DNA of 64,000 nucleotides, taken from NCBI RefSeq assembly GCF_009914755.1, contig NC_060947.1; one strand, 5' to 3'. The DNA is from the human T2T-CHM13v2.0 reference genome, Homo sapiens. The notes below the pieces were generated by a model, which made no database searches, had not been told where the DNA came from, and was given only the letters and a program-made list of their open reading frames with translations. Numbering within the stretch: the stretch's first letter is position 1; each line of letters opens with the position of its first letter. Of this stretch, positions 26,958 to 39,700 are shown one piece after another. A program made the translations under genes and the position numbers.

Positions 26958-29014
26958 GGATCCCACAGAAAGAGTGTTTCAAAACTGCTGTTTCAAAAGG
27001 AATCTTCAACTCTGTGAGTTGAATGCAATCATCACAAAGAAGTTTCTGACAATGCTTCTCTCTCGTCTTTCTGTGAAGATAAAGGAAAAGGCTTTCAGGC
27101 CTTTTCCACCACAGGCCTGAAAGCGCTCCAAATGTCCACTTGCAGATTCTGCGAAAAGAATATTTCAAAACTGCTCTATGAAAAGCAATGTTAAACTCTG
27201 TGGCTGGAACACAAACATCACAAAGCGGTTTCTGAGAATGTTTCAGTTTAGTTTTTCTGTGGAAATATTCCCGTTTCCAAAGAAATCTTCAAAGAGGTCC
27301 ACGTATCCACTTACAGATTCTACAAAAAGACAGTTTCAAAACTGCTCCATCAAAAGGAGGGTTCAACTGTGTGACTTGAATGCAATCATCACTCAGAAGT
27401 TTCTGAGAATGCTTCTCTTTAGTTTTTACGTGAACATATACCCGTTTCGAACGAAGGCCACCCAGTGGTCCAAATATCCACTTGCAGATTCTACAGAAAG
27501 AGTGTTTCGAACCTGAACTCTCAAAGGCAGGTTCATCTCTGCGAGTTAAATGCATTCGTCATGAAGAACTTTCTCAGAGTGTTTGTGTTTAGTTATGGGA
27601 AATTATTCCCGTTTCCAACGAAATCCTCAGAGAGCTCCAAATATCCACCTGCAGATTCTACCAAAAGTGTATTTGGAAACTGCTCCATCAAAAGGCATGT
27701 TCAGCTCTGTGAGTGAAACTCCATCATCACAAAGAATATTCTGAGAATGCTTCCGTTTGCCTTTTATCTGAAGTTCCTTCCTGTACTACCGTAGGCCTCA
27801 AAGCAGTCCAAATCTCCATTTGCAGATTCTATAAAAAGAGTGATTCCAATCTGCTCTATCAATAGGATTGTTCAACTCCATGAGTTGAATGCCATCCTCA
27901 CAAAGTAGTTTCTGAGAATGCTTCTATCTGGTTTTTGTGTGAAGATATTTCCTTTTCCACCACAGGCCTCAAAGCCCTCCAAACGTCCACTTGCAGATTC
28001 TCGAAAAAGAGTGTTTCATAGCTGCTCTTTCAAAAGGAAAGTTCAACTCTGGGAGTTGAATGCAAACATCACAAAATAGTTTCCGAGAATGCTTCTGTTT
28101 AGTTTTTATGTGAAGATGATCCCGTTTCCAGTGAAATCTTCAAAGAGGTCCACATATCCCCTTGCAGATTCCAAAGAAAGAGGGTTTCAAAACTGCTCCA
28201 TCAGAAGGATTGTTCAACTCTGTGAGTTGAATGCAGTCATCGCAGAAAACTTTCTGAGAATGCTTCTGTCTAGGTTTGGTGTGAAGATATAGATGTTTCA
28301 AACGAAGGCTACAAAGTGGTCAAAATATACACTTGCAGATTCTACTACAAGGGTGTTGCAAACCTGAACTATCAAAGGAAGGTTCAACTCTGTGAGTTGA
28401 ATACAAACATCACAAAGAATGTTCTGAGTTTGCTTCCGTTCAGTTATGGGAAGTTGATCCCGTTTCCAACGAAATCCTCAGAGAGGTCCAAATATCCCCT
28501 TGCAGATTCTACAAAACGTGTGTTTGGAAACTGCTCCATCATAACGAATGTTCAGCTCCCTGAGTTAAACTCCATCGTCACAAAGAATTTTCTGAGAGTG
28601 CTACCGTCTGGTTTTTATATGAAGTTCTTTCCTTCACTACCACAGGCCTCAAAGCGGTCCAAATCTCCACTTGCAGATTCTACAAAAAGAGTGTTTGCAA
28701 ACTGCTCTATCAAAAGGAATGTTCAACTCTGGGAGTTGAATGCAATCATCACAGAGCAGTTTCTGAGAATGCTTCTATGTCGTTTTTAGGAGAAGATATT
28801 TCCTTTTCCAACACAGTCCTCCAAGCCCGCTAAATAGCCACTTGCACATTGTAGAAAAAGTGTGTCAAAGCTGCGCTATCAAAGGGAAAGTTCAACTCTG
28901 TGAGGTGAATGCAAACATCCCAAAGAAGTTTCTGAGAATGCTTCCGTTTAGCTTTTAGGTGAAGATTATCCCGTTTCCAACGAAACCTTCAAAGAGGTCC
29001 AAATATCCCCTTGC

Positions 29015-30729
29015 GGATCCCACAGAAAGAGTGTTTCGAAACTGCTGTTTCAAAAGGAATCTTCAACTCTGTGAGTTGAATGCAATCATCACAAAGAAGT
29101 TTCTGACAATGCTTCTCTCTCGTCTTTCTGTGAAGATAAAGGAAAAGGCTTTCAGGCCTTTGCCACCACAGGCCTGAAAGCGGTCCAAATGTCCACTTGC
29201 AGATTCTGCCAAAAGAATATTTCAAAACTGCTCTATGAAAAGCAATGTTAAACTCTGCGGCTCGAACACAAACATCACAAAGCGGTTTCTGAGAATGCTT
29301 CAGTTTAGTTTTTCTGTGGAAATATTCCCGTTTCCAAAGAAATCTTCAAAGAGGTCCACGTATCCACTTACAGATTCTACAAAAAGACAGTTTCAAAACT
29401 GCTCCATCAAAAGGAGGGTTCAACTGTGTGACTTCAATGCAATCATCACTCAGAAGTTTCTGAGAATGCTTCTCTTTAGTTTTTACGTGAACATATACCC
29501 GTTTCGAACGAAGGCCACCCAGTGGTCCAAATATCCACTTGCAGATTCTACAGAAAGAGTGTTTCGAACCTGAACTCTCAAAGGCAGGTTCATCTCTGCG
29601 AGTTAAATGCATTCATCATGAAGAACTTTCTCAGCGTGTTTGTGTTTAGTTATGGGAAATTATTCCCGTTTCCAACGAAATCCTCAAAGAGCTCCAAATA
29701 TCCACCTGCAGATTCTACCAAAAGTGTATTTGGAAACTGCTCCATCAAAAGGCATGTTCAGCTCTGTGAGTGAAACTCCATCATCACAAAGAATATTCCG
29801 AGAATGCTTCTGTTTAGTTTTTATGTGAAGATGATCCCGTTTCCAGTGAAATCTTCAAAGAGGTCCACATATCCCCTTGCAGATTCCAAAGAAAGAGGGT
29901 TTAAAAACTGCTCCATCAGAAGGATTGTTCAACTCTGTGAGTTGAATGCAGTCATCGCAGAAAACTTTCTGAGAATGCTTCTGTCTAGGTTTGATGTGAA
30001 GATATAGACGTTTCAAACGAAGGCTACAAAGTGGTCAAAATATACACTTGCAGATTCTACTACAAGGGTGTTGCAAACCTGAACTATCAAAGGAAGGTTC
30101 AACTCTGTGAGTTGAATACAAACATCACAAAGAATGTTCTGAGTTTGCTTCCGTTCAGTTATGGGAAGTTGATCCCGTTTCCAACGAAATCCTCAGAGAG
30201 GTCCAAATATCCCCTCGCAGATTCTACAAAACGTGTGTTTGGAAACTGCTCCATCATAAAGAATGTTCAGCTCCCTGAGTTAAACTCCATCGTCACAAAG
30301 AATTTTCTGAGAGTGCTACCGTCTGGTTTTTATATGAAGTTCTTTCCTTCACTACGACAGGCCTCAAAGCGGTCCAAATCTCCACTTGCAGATTCTACAA
30401 AAAGAGTGTTTGCAAACTGCTCTATCAAAAGGAATGTTCAACTCTGGGAGTTGAATGCAATCATCACAGAGCAGTTTCTGAGAATGCTTCTATGTCGTTT
30501 TTAGGAGAAGATATTTCCTTTTCCAACACAGTCCTCCAAGCCCGCTAAATAGCCACTTGCACATTGTAGAAAAAGTGTGTCAAAGCTGCGCTATCAAAGG
30601 GAAAGTTCAACTCTGTGAGGTGAATGCAAACATCCCAAAGAAGTTTCTGAGAATGCTTCCGTTTAGCTTTTAGGTGAAGATTATCCCGTTTCCAACGAAA
30701 CCTTCAAAGAGGTCCAAATATCCCCTTGC
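29015..30729 (-). repeat. Second copy of the 10-mer HOR variant (1715 bp), junction 29796-29798
   Basis: Same junction sequence exactly 3772 bp downstream of the first. Confidence 0.93.
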
Positions 30730-33700
30730 GGATCCCACAGAAAGAGTGTTTCAAAACTGCTGTTTCAAAAGGAATCTTCAACTCTGTGAGTTGAATGCAA
30801 TCATCACAAAGAAGTTTCTGACAATGCTTCTCTCTCGTCTTTCTGTGAAGATAAAGGAAAAGGCTTTCAGGCCTTTTCCACCACAGGCCTGAAAGCGCTC
30901 CAAATGTCCACTTGCAGATTCTGCGAAAAGAATATTTCAAAACTGCTCTATGAAAAGCAATGTTAAACTCTGTGGCTGGAACACAAACATCACAAAGCGG
31001 TTTCTGAGAATGTTTCAGTTTAGTTTTTCTGTGGAAATATTCCCGTTTCCAAAGAAATCTTCAAAGAGGTCCACGTATCCACTTACAGATTCTACAAAAA
31101 GACAGTTTCAAAACTGCTCCATCAAAAGGAGGGTTCAACTGTGTGACTTGAATGCAATCATCACTCAGAAGTTTCTGAGAATGCTTCTCTTTAGTTTTTA
31201 CGTGAACATATACCCGTTTCGAACGAAGGCCACCCAGTGGTCCAAATATCCACTTGCAGATTATACAGAAAGAGTGTTTCGAACCTGAACTCTCAAAGGC
31301 AGGTTCATCTCTGCGAGTTAAATGCATTCATCATGAAGAACTTTCTCAGAGTGTTTGTGCTTAGTTATGGGAAATTATTCCCGTTTCCAACGAAATCCTC
31401 AGAGTGGTCCAAATATCCACCTGCAGATTCTACCAAAAGTGTATTTGGAAACTGCTCCATCAAAAGGCATGTTCAGCTCTGTGAGTGAAACTCCATCATC
31501 ACAAAGAATATTCTGAGAATGCTTCCGTTTGCCTTTTATCTGAAGTTCCTTCCTATACGACCGTAGGCCTCAAAGCAGTCCAAATCTCCATTTGCAGATT
31601 CTACAAAAAGAGTGATTCCAATCTGCTCTATCAATAGGATTGTTCAACTCCATGAGTTGAATGCCATCCTCACAAAGTCGTTTCTGAGAATGCTTCTATC
31701 TAGTTTTTATGTGAAGATATTTCCTTTTCCACCACAGGCCTCAAAGCCCTCCAAACGTCCACTTGCAGATTCTCGAAAAAGAGTGTTTTATAGCTGCTCT
31801 TTCAAAAGGAAAGTTCAACTCTGGGAGTTGAATACAAACATCACAAAGTAGTTTCCGAGAATGCTTCTGTTTAGTTTTTATGTGAAGATGATCCCGTTTC
31901 CAGTGAAATCTTCAAAGAGGTCCACATATCCCCTTGCAGATTCCAAAGAAAGAGGGTTTCAAAACTGCTCCATCAGAAGGATTGTTCAACTCTGTGAGTT
32001 GAATGCAGTCATCGCAGAAAACTTTCTGAGAATGCTTCTGTCTAGGTTTGATGTGAAGATATAGATGTTTCAACCGAAGGCTACAAAGTGGTCAAAATAT
32101 ACACTTGCAGATTCTACTACAAGGGTGTTGCAAACCTGAACTATCAAAGGAAGGTTCAACTCTGTGAGTTGAATACAAACATCACAAAGAATGTTCTGAG
32201 TTTGCTTCCGTTCAGTTATGGGAAGTTGATCCCGTTTCCAACGAAATCCTCAGAGAGGTCCAAATATCCCCTCGCAGATTCTACAAAACGTGTGTTTGGA
32301 AACTGCTCCATCATAACGAATGTTCAGCTCCCTGAGTTAAACTCCATCGTCACAAAGAATTTTCTGAGAGTGCTACCGTCTGGTTTTTATATGAAGTTCT
32401 TTCCTTCACTACCACAGGCCTCAAAGCGGTCCAAATCTCCACTTGCAGATTCTACAAAAAGAGTGTTTGCAAACTGCTCTATCAAAAGGAATGTTCAACT
32501 CTGGGAGTTGAATGCAATCATCACAGAGCAGTTTCTGAGAATGCTTCTATGTCGTTTTTAGGAGAAGATATTTCCTTTTCCAACACAGTCCTCCAAGCCC
32601 GCTAAATAGCCACTTGCACATTGTAGAAAAAGTGTGTCAAAGCTGCGCTATCAAAGGGAAAGTTCAACTCTGTGAGGTGAATGCAAACATCCCAAAGAAG
32701 TTTCTGAGAATGCTTCCGTTTAGCTTTTAGGTGAGGATTATCCCGTTTCCAACGAAACCTTCAAAGAGGTCCAAATATCCCCTTGCGGATCCCACAGAAA
32801 GAGTGTTTCGAAACTGCTATTTCAAAAGGTATCTTCAACTCTGTGAGTTGAATGCAATCATCACAAAGAAGTTTCTGACAATGCTTCTCTCTCGTCTTTC
32901 TGTGAAGATAAAGGAAAAGGCTTTCAGGCCTTTTCCACCACAGGCCTGAAAGCGCTCCAAATGTCCACTTGCAGATTCTGCGAAAAGAATATTTCAAAAC
33001 TGCTCTATGAAAAGCAATGTTAAACTCTGTGGCTCGAACACAAACATCACAAAGCAGTTTCTGAGAATGCTTCAGTTTAGTTTTTCTGTGGAAATATTCC
33101 CGTTTCCAAAGAAATCTTCAAAGAGGTCCACGTATCCACTTACAGATTCTACAAAAAGACAGTTTCAAAACTGCTCCATCAAAAGGAGGGTTCAACTGTG
33201 TGACTTGAATGCAATCATCACTCAGAAGTTTCTGAGAATGCTTCTCTTTAGTTTTTACGTGAACATATACCCGTTTCGAACGAAGGCCACCCAGTGGTCC
33301 AAATATCCACTTGCAGATTCTACAGAAAGAGTGTTTCGAACCTGAACTCTCAAAGGCAGGTTCATCTCTGCGAGTTAAATGCATTCATCATGAAGAACTT
33401 TCTCAGAGTATTTGTGTTTAGTTATGGGAAATTATTCCCTTTTCCAAAGAAATCCTCAGAGAGCTCCAAATATCCACCTGCAGATTCTACCAAAAGTGTA
33501 TTTGGAAACTGCTCCATCAAAAGGCATGTTCAGCTCTGTGAGTGAAACTCCATCATCACAAAGAATATTCTGAGAATGCTTCCGTTTGCCTTTTATATGA
33601 AGTTCCTTCCTGTACTACCGTAGGCCTCAAAGCAGTCCAAATCTCCATTTGCAGATTCTACAAAAAGAGTGATTCCAATCTGCTCTATCAATAGGATTGT

Positions 33701-36700
33701 TCAACTCCATGAGTTGAATGCCATCCTCACAAAGTAGTTTCTGAGAATGCTTCTATCTGGTTTTTGTGTGAAGATATTTCCTTTTCCACCACAGGCCTCA
33801 AAGCCCTCCAAACGTCCACTTGCAGATTCTCGAAAAAGAGTGTTTCATAGCTGCTCTTTCAAAAGGAAAGTTCAACTCTGGGAGTTGAATACAAACATCA
33901 CAAAATAGTTTCCGAGAATGCTTCAGTTTAGTTTTTATGTGAAGATGATCCCGTTTCCAGTGAAATCTTCAAAGAGGTCCACATATCCCCTTGCAGATTC
34001 CAAAGAAAGAGGGTTTCAAAACTGCTCCATCAGAAGGATTGTTCAACTCTGTGAGTTGAATGCAGTCATCGCAGAAAACTTTCTGAGAATGCTTCTGTCT
34101 AGGTTTGATGTGAAGATATAGATGTTTCAACCGAAGGCTACAAAGTGGTCAAAATATACACTTGCAGATTCTACTACAAGGGTGTTGCAAACCTGAACTA
34201 TCAAAGGAAGGTTCAACTCTGTGAGTTGAATACAAACATCACAAAGAATGTTCTGAGTTTGCTTCCGTTCAGTTATGGGAAGTTGATCCCGTTTCCAACG
34301 AAATCCTCAGAGAGGTCCAAATATCCCCTTGCAGATTCTACAAAACGTGTGTTTGGAAACTGCTCCATCATAACGAATGTTCAGCTCCCTGAGTTAAACT
34401 CCATCGTCACAAAGAATTTTCTGAGAGTGCTACCGTCTGGTTTTTATATGAAGTTCTTTCCTTCACTACCACAGGCCTCAAAGCGGTCCAAATCTCCACT
34501 TGCAGATTCTACAAAAAGAGTGTTTGCAAACTGCTCTATCAAAAGGAATGTTCAACTCTGGGAGTTGAATGCAATCATCACAGAGCAGTTTCTGAGAATG
34601 CTTCTATGTCGTTTTTAGGAGAAGATATTTCCTTTTCCAACACAATCCTCCAAGCCCGCTAAATAGCCACTTGCACATTGTAGAAAAAGTGTGTCAAAGC
34701 TGCGCTATCAAAGGGAAAGTTCAACTCTGTGAGGTGAATGCAAACATCCCAAAGAAGTTTCTGAGAATGCTTCCGTTTAGCTTTTAGGTGAAGATTATCC
34801 CGTTTCCAACGAAACCTTCAAAGAGGTCCAAATATCCCCTTGCGGATCCCACAGAAAGAGTGTTTCGAAACTGCTGTTTCAAAAGGAATCTTCAACTCTG
34901 TGAGTTGAATGCAATCATCACAAAGAAGTTTCTGACAATGCTTCTCTCTCGTCTTTCTGTGAAGATAAAGGAAAAGGCTTTCAGGCCTTTTCCACCACAG
35001 GCCTGAAAGCGCTCCAAATGTCCACTTGCAGATTCTGCCAAAAGAATATTTCAAAACTGCTCTATGAAAAGCAATGTTAAACTCTGTGGCTGGAACACAA
35101 ACATCACAAAGCGGTTTCTGAGAATGTTTCAGTTTAGTTTTTCTGTGGAAATATTCCCGTTTCCAAAGAAATCTTCAAAGAGGTCCACGTATCCACTTAC
35201 AGATTCTACAAAAAGACAGTTTCAAAACTGCTCCATCAAAAGGAGGGTTCAACTGTGTGACTTGAATGCAATCATCACTCAGAAGTTTCTGAGAATGCTT
35301 CTCTTTAGTTTTTACGTGAACATATACCCGTTTCGAACGAAGGCCACCCAGTGGTCCAAATATCCACTTGCAGATTATACAGAAAGAGTGTTTCGAACCT
35401 GAACTCTCAAAGGCAGGTTCATCTCTGCGAGTTAAATGCATTCATCATGAAGAACTTTCTCAGAGTGTTTGTGTTTAGTTATGGGAAATTATTCCCTTTT
35501 CCAACGAAATCCTCAGAGAGCTCCAAATATCCACCTGCAGATTCTACCAAAAGTGTATTTGGAAACTGCTCCATCAAAAGGCATGTTCAGCTCTGTGAGT
35601 GAAACTCCATCATCACAAAGAATATTCTGAGAATGCTTCCGTTTGCCTTTTATATGAAGTTCCTTCCTGTACTACCGTAGGCCTCAAAGCAGTCCAAATC
35701 TCCATTTGCAGATTCTACAAAAAGAGTGATTCCAATCTGCTCTATCAATAGGATTGTTCAACTCCATGAGTTGAATGCCATCCTCACAAAGTAGTTTCTG
35801 AGAATGCTTCTATCTGGTTTTTGTGTGAAGATATTTCCTTTTCCACCACAGGCCTCAAAGCCCTCCAAACGTCCACTTGCAGATTCTCGAAAAAGAGTGT
35901 TTCATAGCTGCTCTTTCAAAAGGAAAGTTCAACTCTGGGAGTTGAATACAAACATCACAAAATAGTTTCCGAGAATGCTTCAGTTTAGTTTTTATGTGAA
36001 GATGATCCCGTTTCCAGTGAAATCTTCAAAGAGGTCCACATATCCCCTTGCAGATTCCAAAGAAAGAGGGTTTCAAAACTGCTCCATCAGAAGGATTGTT
36101 CAACTCTGTGAGTTGAATGCAGTCATCGCAGAAAACTTTCTGAGAATGCTTCTGTCTAGGTTTGATGTGAAGATATAGATGTTTCAAACGAAGGCTACAA
36201 AGTGGTCAAAATATACACTTGCAGATTCTACTACAAGGGTGTTGCAAACCTGAACTATCAAAGGAAGGTTCAACTCTGTGAGTTGAATACAAACATCACA
36301 AAGAATGTTCTGAGTTTGCTTCCGTTCAGTTATGGGAAGTTGATCCCGTTTCCAACGAAATCCTCAGAGAGGTCCAAATATCCCCTTGCAGATTCTACAA
36401 AACGTGTGTTTGGAAACTGCTCCATCATAACGAATGTTCAGCTCCCTGAGTTAAACTCCATCGTCACAAAGAATTTTCTGAGAGTGCTACCGTCTGGTTT
36501 TTATATGAAGTTCTTTCCTTCACTACCACAGGCCTCAAAGCGGTCCAAATCTCCACTTGCAGATTCTACAAAAAGAGTGTTTGCAAACTGCTCTATCAAA
36601 AGGAATGTTCAACTCTGGGAGTTGAATGCAATCATCACAGAGCAGTTTCTGAGAATGCTTCTATGTCGTTTTTAGGAGAAGATATTTCCTTTTCCAACAC

Positions 36701-39700
36701 AATCCTCCAAGCCTGCTAAATAGCCACTTGCACATTGTAGAAAAAGTGTGTCAAAGCTGCGCTATCAAAGGGAAAGTTCAACTCTGTGAGGTGAATGCAA
36801 ACATCCCAAAGAAGTTTCTGAGAATGCTTCCGTTTAGCTTTTAGGTGAAGATTATCCCGTTTCCAACGAAACCTTCAAAGAGGTCCAAATATCCCCTTGC
36901 GGATCCCACAGAAAGAGTGTTTCGAAACTGCTGTTTCAAAAGGAATCTTCAACTCTGTGAGTTGAATGCAATCATCACAAAGAAGTTTCTGACAATGCTT
37001 CTCTCTCGTCTTTCTGTGAAGATAAAGGAAAAGGCTTTCAGGCCTTTTCCACCACAGGCCTGAAAGCGCTCCAAATGTCCACTTGCAGATTCTGCCAAAA
37101 GAATATTTCAAAACTGCTCTATGAAAAGCAATGTTAAACTCTGTGGCTGGAACACAAACATCACAAAGCGGTTTCTGAGAATGTTTCAGTTTAGTTTTTC
37201 TGTGGAAATATTCCCGTTTCCAAAGAAATCTTCAAAGAGGTCCACGTATCCACTTACAGATTCTACAAAAAGACAGTTTCAAAACTGCTCCATCAAAAGG
37301 AGGGTTCAACTGTGTGACTTGAATGCAATCATCACTCAGAAGTTTCTGAGAATGCTTCTCTTTAGTTTTTACGTGAACATATACCCGTTTCGAACGAAGG
37401 CCACCCAGTGGTCCAAATATCCACTTGCAGATTATACAGAAAGAGTGTTTCGAACCTGAACTCTCAAAGGCAGGTTCATCTCTGCGAGTTAAATGCATTC
37501 ATCATGAAGAACTTTCTCAGAGTGTTTGTGTTTAGTTATGGGAAATTATTCCCGTTTCCAACGAAATCCTCAGAGAGCTCCAAATATCCACCTGCAGATT
37601 CTACCAAAAGTGTATTTGGAAACTGCTCCATCAAAAGGCATGTTCAGCTCTGTCAGTGAAACTCCATCATCACAAAGAATATTCTGAGAATGCTTCCGTT
37701 TGCCTTTTATCTGAAGTTCCTTCCTGTACTACCGTAGGCCTCAAAGCAGTCCAAATCTCCATTTGCAGATTCTACAAAAAGAGTGATTCCAATCTGCTCT
37801 ATCAATAGGATTGTTCAACTCCATGAGTTGAATGCCATCCTCACAAAGTAGTTTCTGAGAATGCTTCTATCTGGTTTTTGTGTGAAGATATTTCCTTTTC
37901 CACCACAGGCCTCAAAGCCCTCCAAACGTCCACTTGCAGATTCTAGAAAAAGAGTGTTTCATAGCTGCTCTTTCAAAAGGAAAGTTCAACTCTGGGAGTT
38001 GAATACAAACATCACAAAATAGTTTCCGAGAATGCTTCTGTTTAGTTTTTATGTGAAGATGATCCCGTTTCCAGTGAAATCTTCAAAGAGGTCCACATAT
38101 CCTCTTGCAGATTCCAAAGAAAGAGGGTTTCAAAACTGCTCCATCAAAAGGATTGTTCAACTCTGTGAGTTGAATGCAGTCATCGCAGAAAACTTTCTGA
38201 GAATGCTTCTGTCTAGGTTTGATGTGAAGATATAGATGTTTCAAACGAAGGCTACAAAGTGGTCAAAATATACACTTGCAGATTCTACTACAAGAGTGTT
38301 GCAAACCTGAACTATCAAAGGAAGGTTCAACTCTGTGAGTTGAATACAAACATCACAAAGAATGTTCTGAGTTTGCTTCCGTTCAGTTATGGGAAGTTGA
38401 TCCCGTTTCCAACGAAATCCTCAGAGAGGTCCAAATATCCCCTCGCAGATTCTACAAAACGTGTGTTTGGAAACTGCTCCATCATAACGAATGTTCAGCT
38501 CCCTGAGTTAAACTCCATCGTCACAAAGAATTTTCTGAGAGTGCTACCGTCTGGTTTTTATATGAAGTTCTTTCCTTCACTACCACAGGCCTCAAAGCGG
38601 TCCAAATCTCCACTTGCAGATTCTACAAAAAGAGTGTTTGCAAACTGCTCTATCAAAAGGAATGTTCAACTCTGGGAGTTGAATGCAATCATCACAGAGC
38701 AGTTTCTGAGAATGCTTCTATGTCGTTTTTAGGAGAAGATATTTCCTTTTCCAACACAGTCCTCCAAGCCCGCTAAATAGCCACTTGCACATTGTAGAAA
38801 AAGTGTGTCAAAGCTGCGCTATCAAAGGGAAAGTTCAACTCTGTGAGGTGAATGCAAACATCCCAAAGAAGTTTCTGAGAATGCTTCCGTTTAGCTTTTA
38901 GGTGAAGATTATCCCGTTTCCAACGAAACCTTCAAAGAGGTCCAAATATCCCCTTGCGGATCCCACAGAAAGAGTGTTTCGAAACTGCTGTTTCAAAAGG
39001 AATCTTCAACTCTGTGAGTTGAATGCAATCATCACAAAGAAGTTTCTGACAATGCTTCTCTCTCGTCTTTCTGTGAAGATAAAGGAAAAGGCTTTCAGGC
39101 CTTTTCCACCACAGGCCTGAAAGCGCTCCAAATGTCCACTTGCAGATTCTGCGAAAAGAATATTTCAAAACTGCTCTATGAAAAGCAATGTTAAACCCTG
39201 TGGCTCGAACACAAACATCACAAAGCGGTTTCTGAGAATGCTTCAGTTTAGTTTTTCTGTGGAAATATTCCCGTTTCCAAAGAAATCTTCAAAGAGGTCC
39301 ACGTATCCACTTACAGATTCTACAAAAAGACAGTTTCAAAACTGCTCCATCAAAAGGAGGGTTCAACTGTGTGACTTGAATGCAATCATCACTCAGAAGT
39401 TTCTGAGAATGCTTCTCTTTAGTTTTTACGTGAACATATACCCGTTTCGAACGAAGGCCACCCAGTGGTCCAAATATCCACTTGCAGATTCTACAGAAAG
39501 AGTGTTTCGAACCTGAACTCTCAAAGGAAGGTTCATCTCTGCGAGTTAAATGCATTCATCATGAAGAACTTTCTCAGAGTGTTTCTGTTTAGTTATGGGA
39601 AATTATTCCCGTTTCCAACGAAATCCTCAGAGAGCTCCAAATATCCACCTGCAGATTCTACCAAAAGTGTATTTGGAAACTGCTCCATCAAAAGGCATGT

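Larger units (their letters stand above)
23382..31262. repeat. Tandem duplication of a 3772-bp (12-mer + 10-mer) block
   Basis: Rare variants repeat at +3772 (TTCGTCATG 23786/27558; ATAAAGA 26488/30260; deletion junction). Bounded by mismatches at 23381/27153 and 27491/31263. Confidence 0.88.

Noticed and set aside
25868-29828. Novel 62-aa ORFs at 25868 and 29640 (likewise the 92-aa ORF at 4618 and the 137-aa ORF at 51520)
   Set aside because: By-products of the deletion junctions and 1-bp frameshifts.
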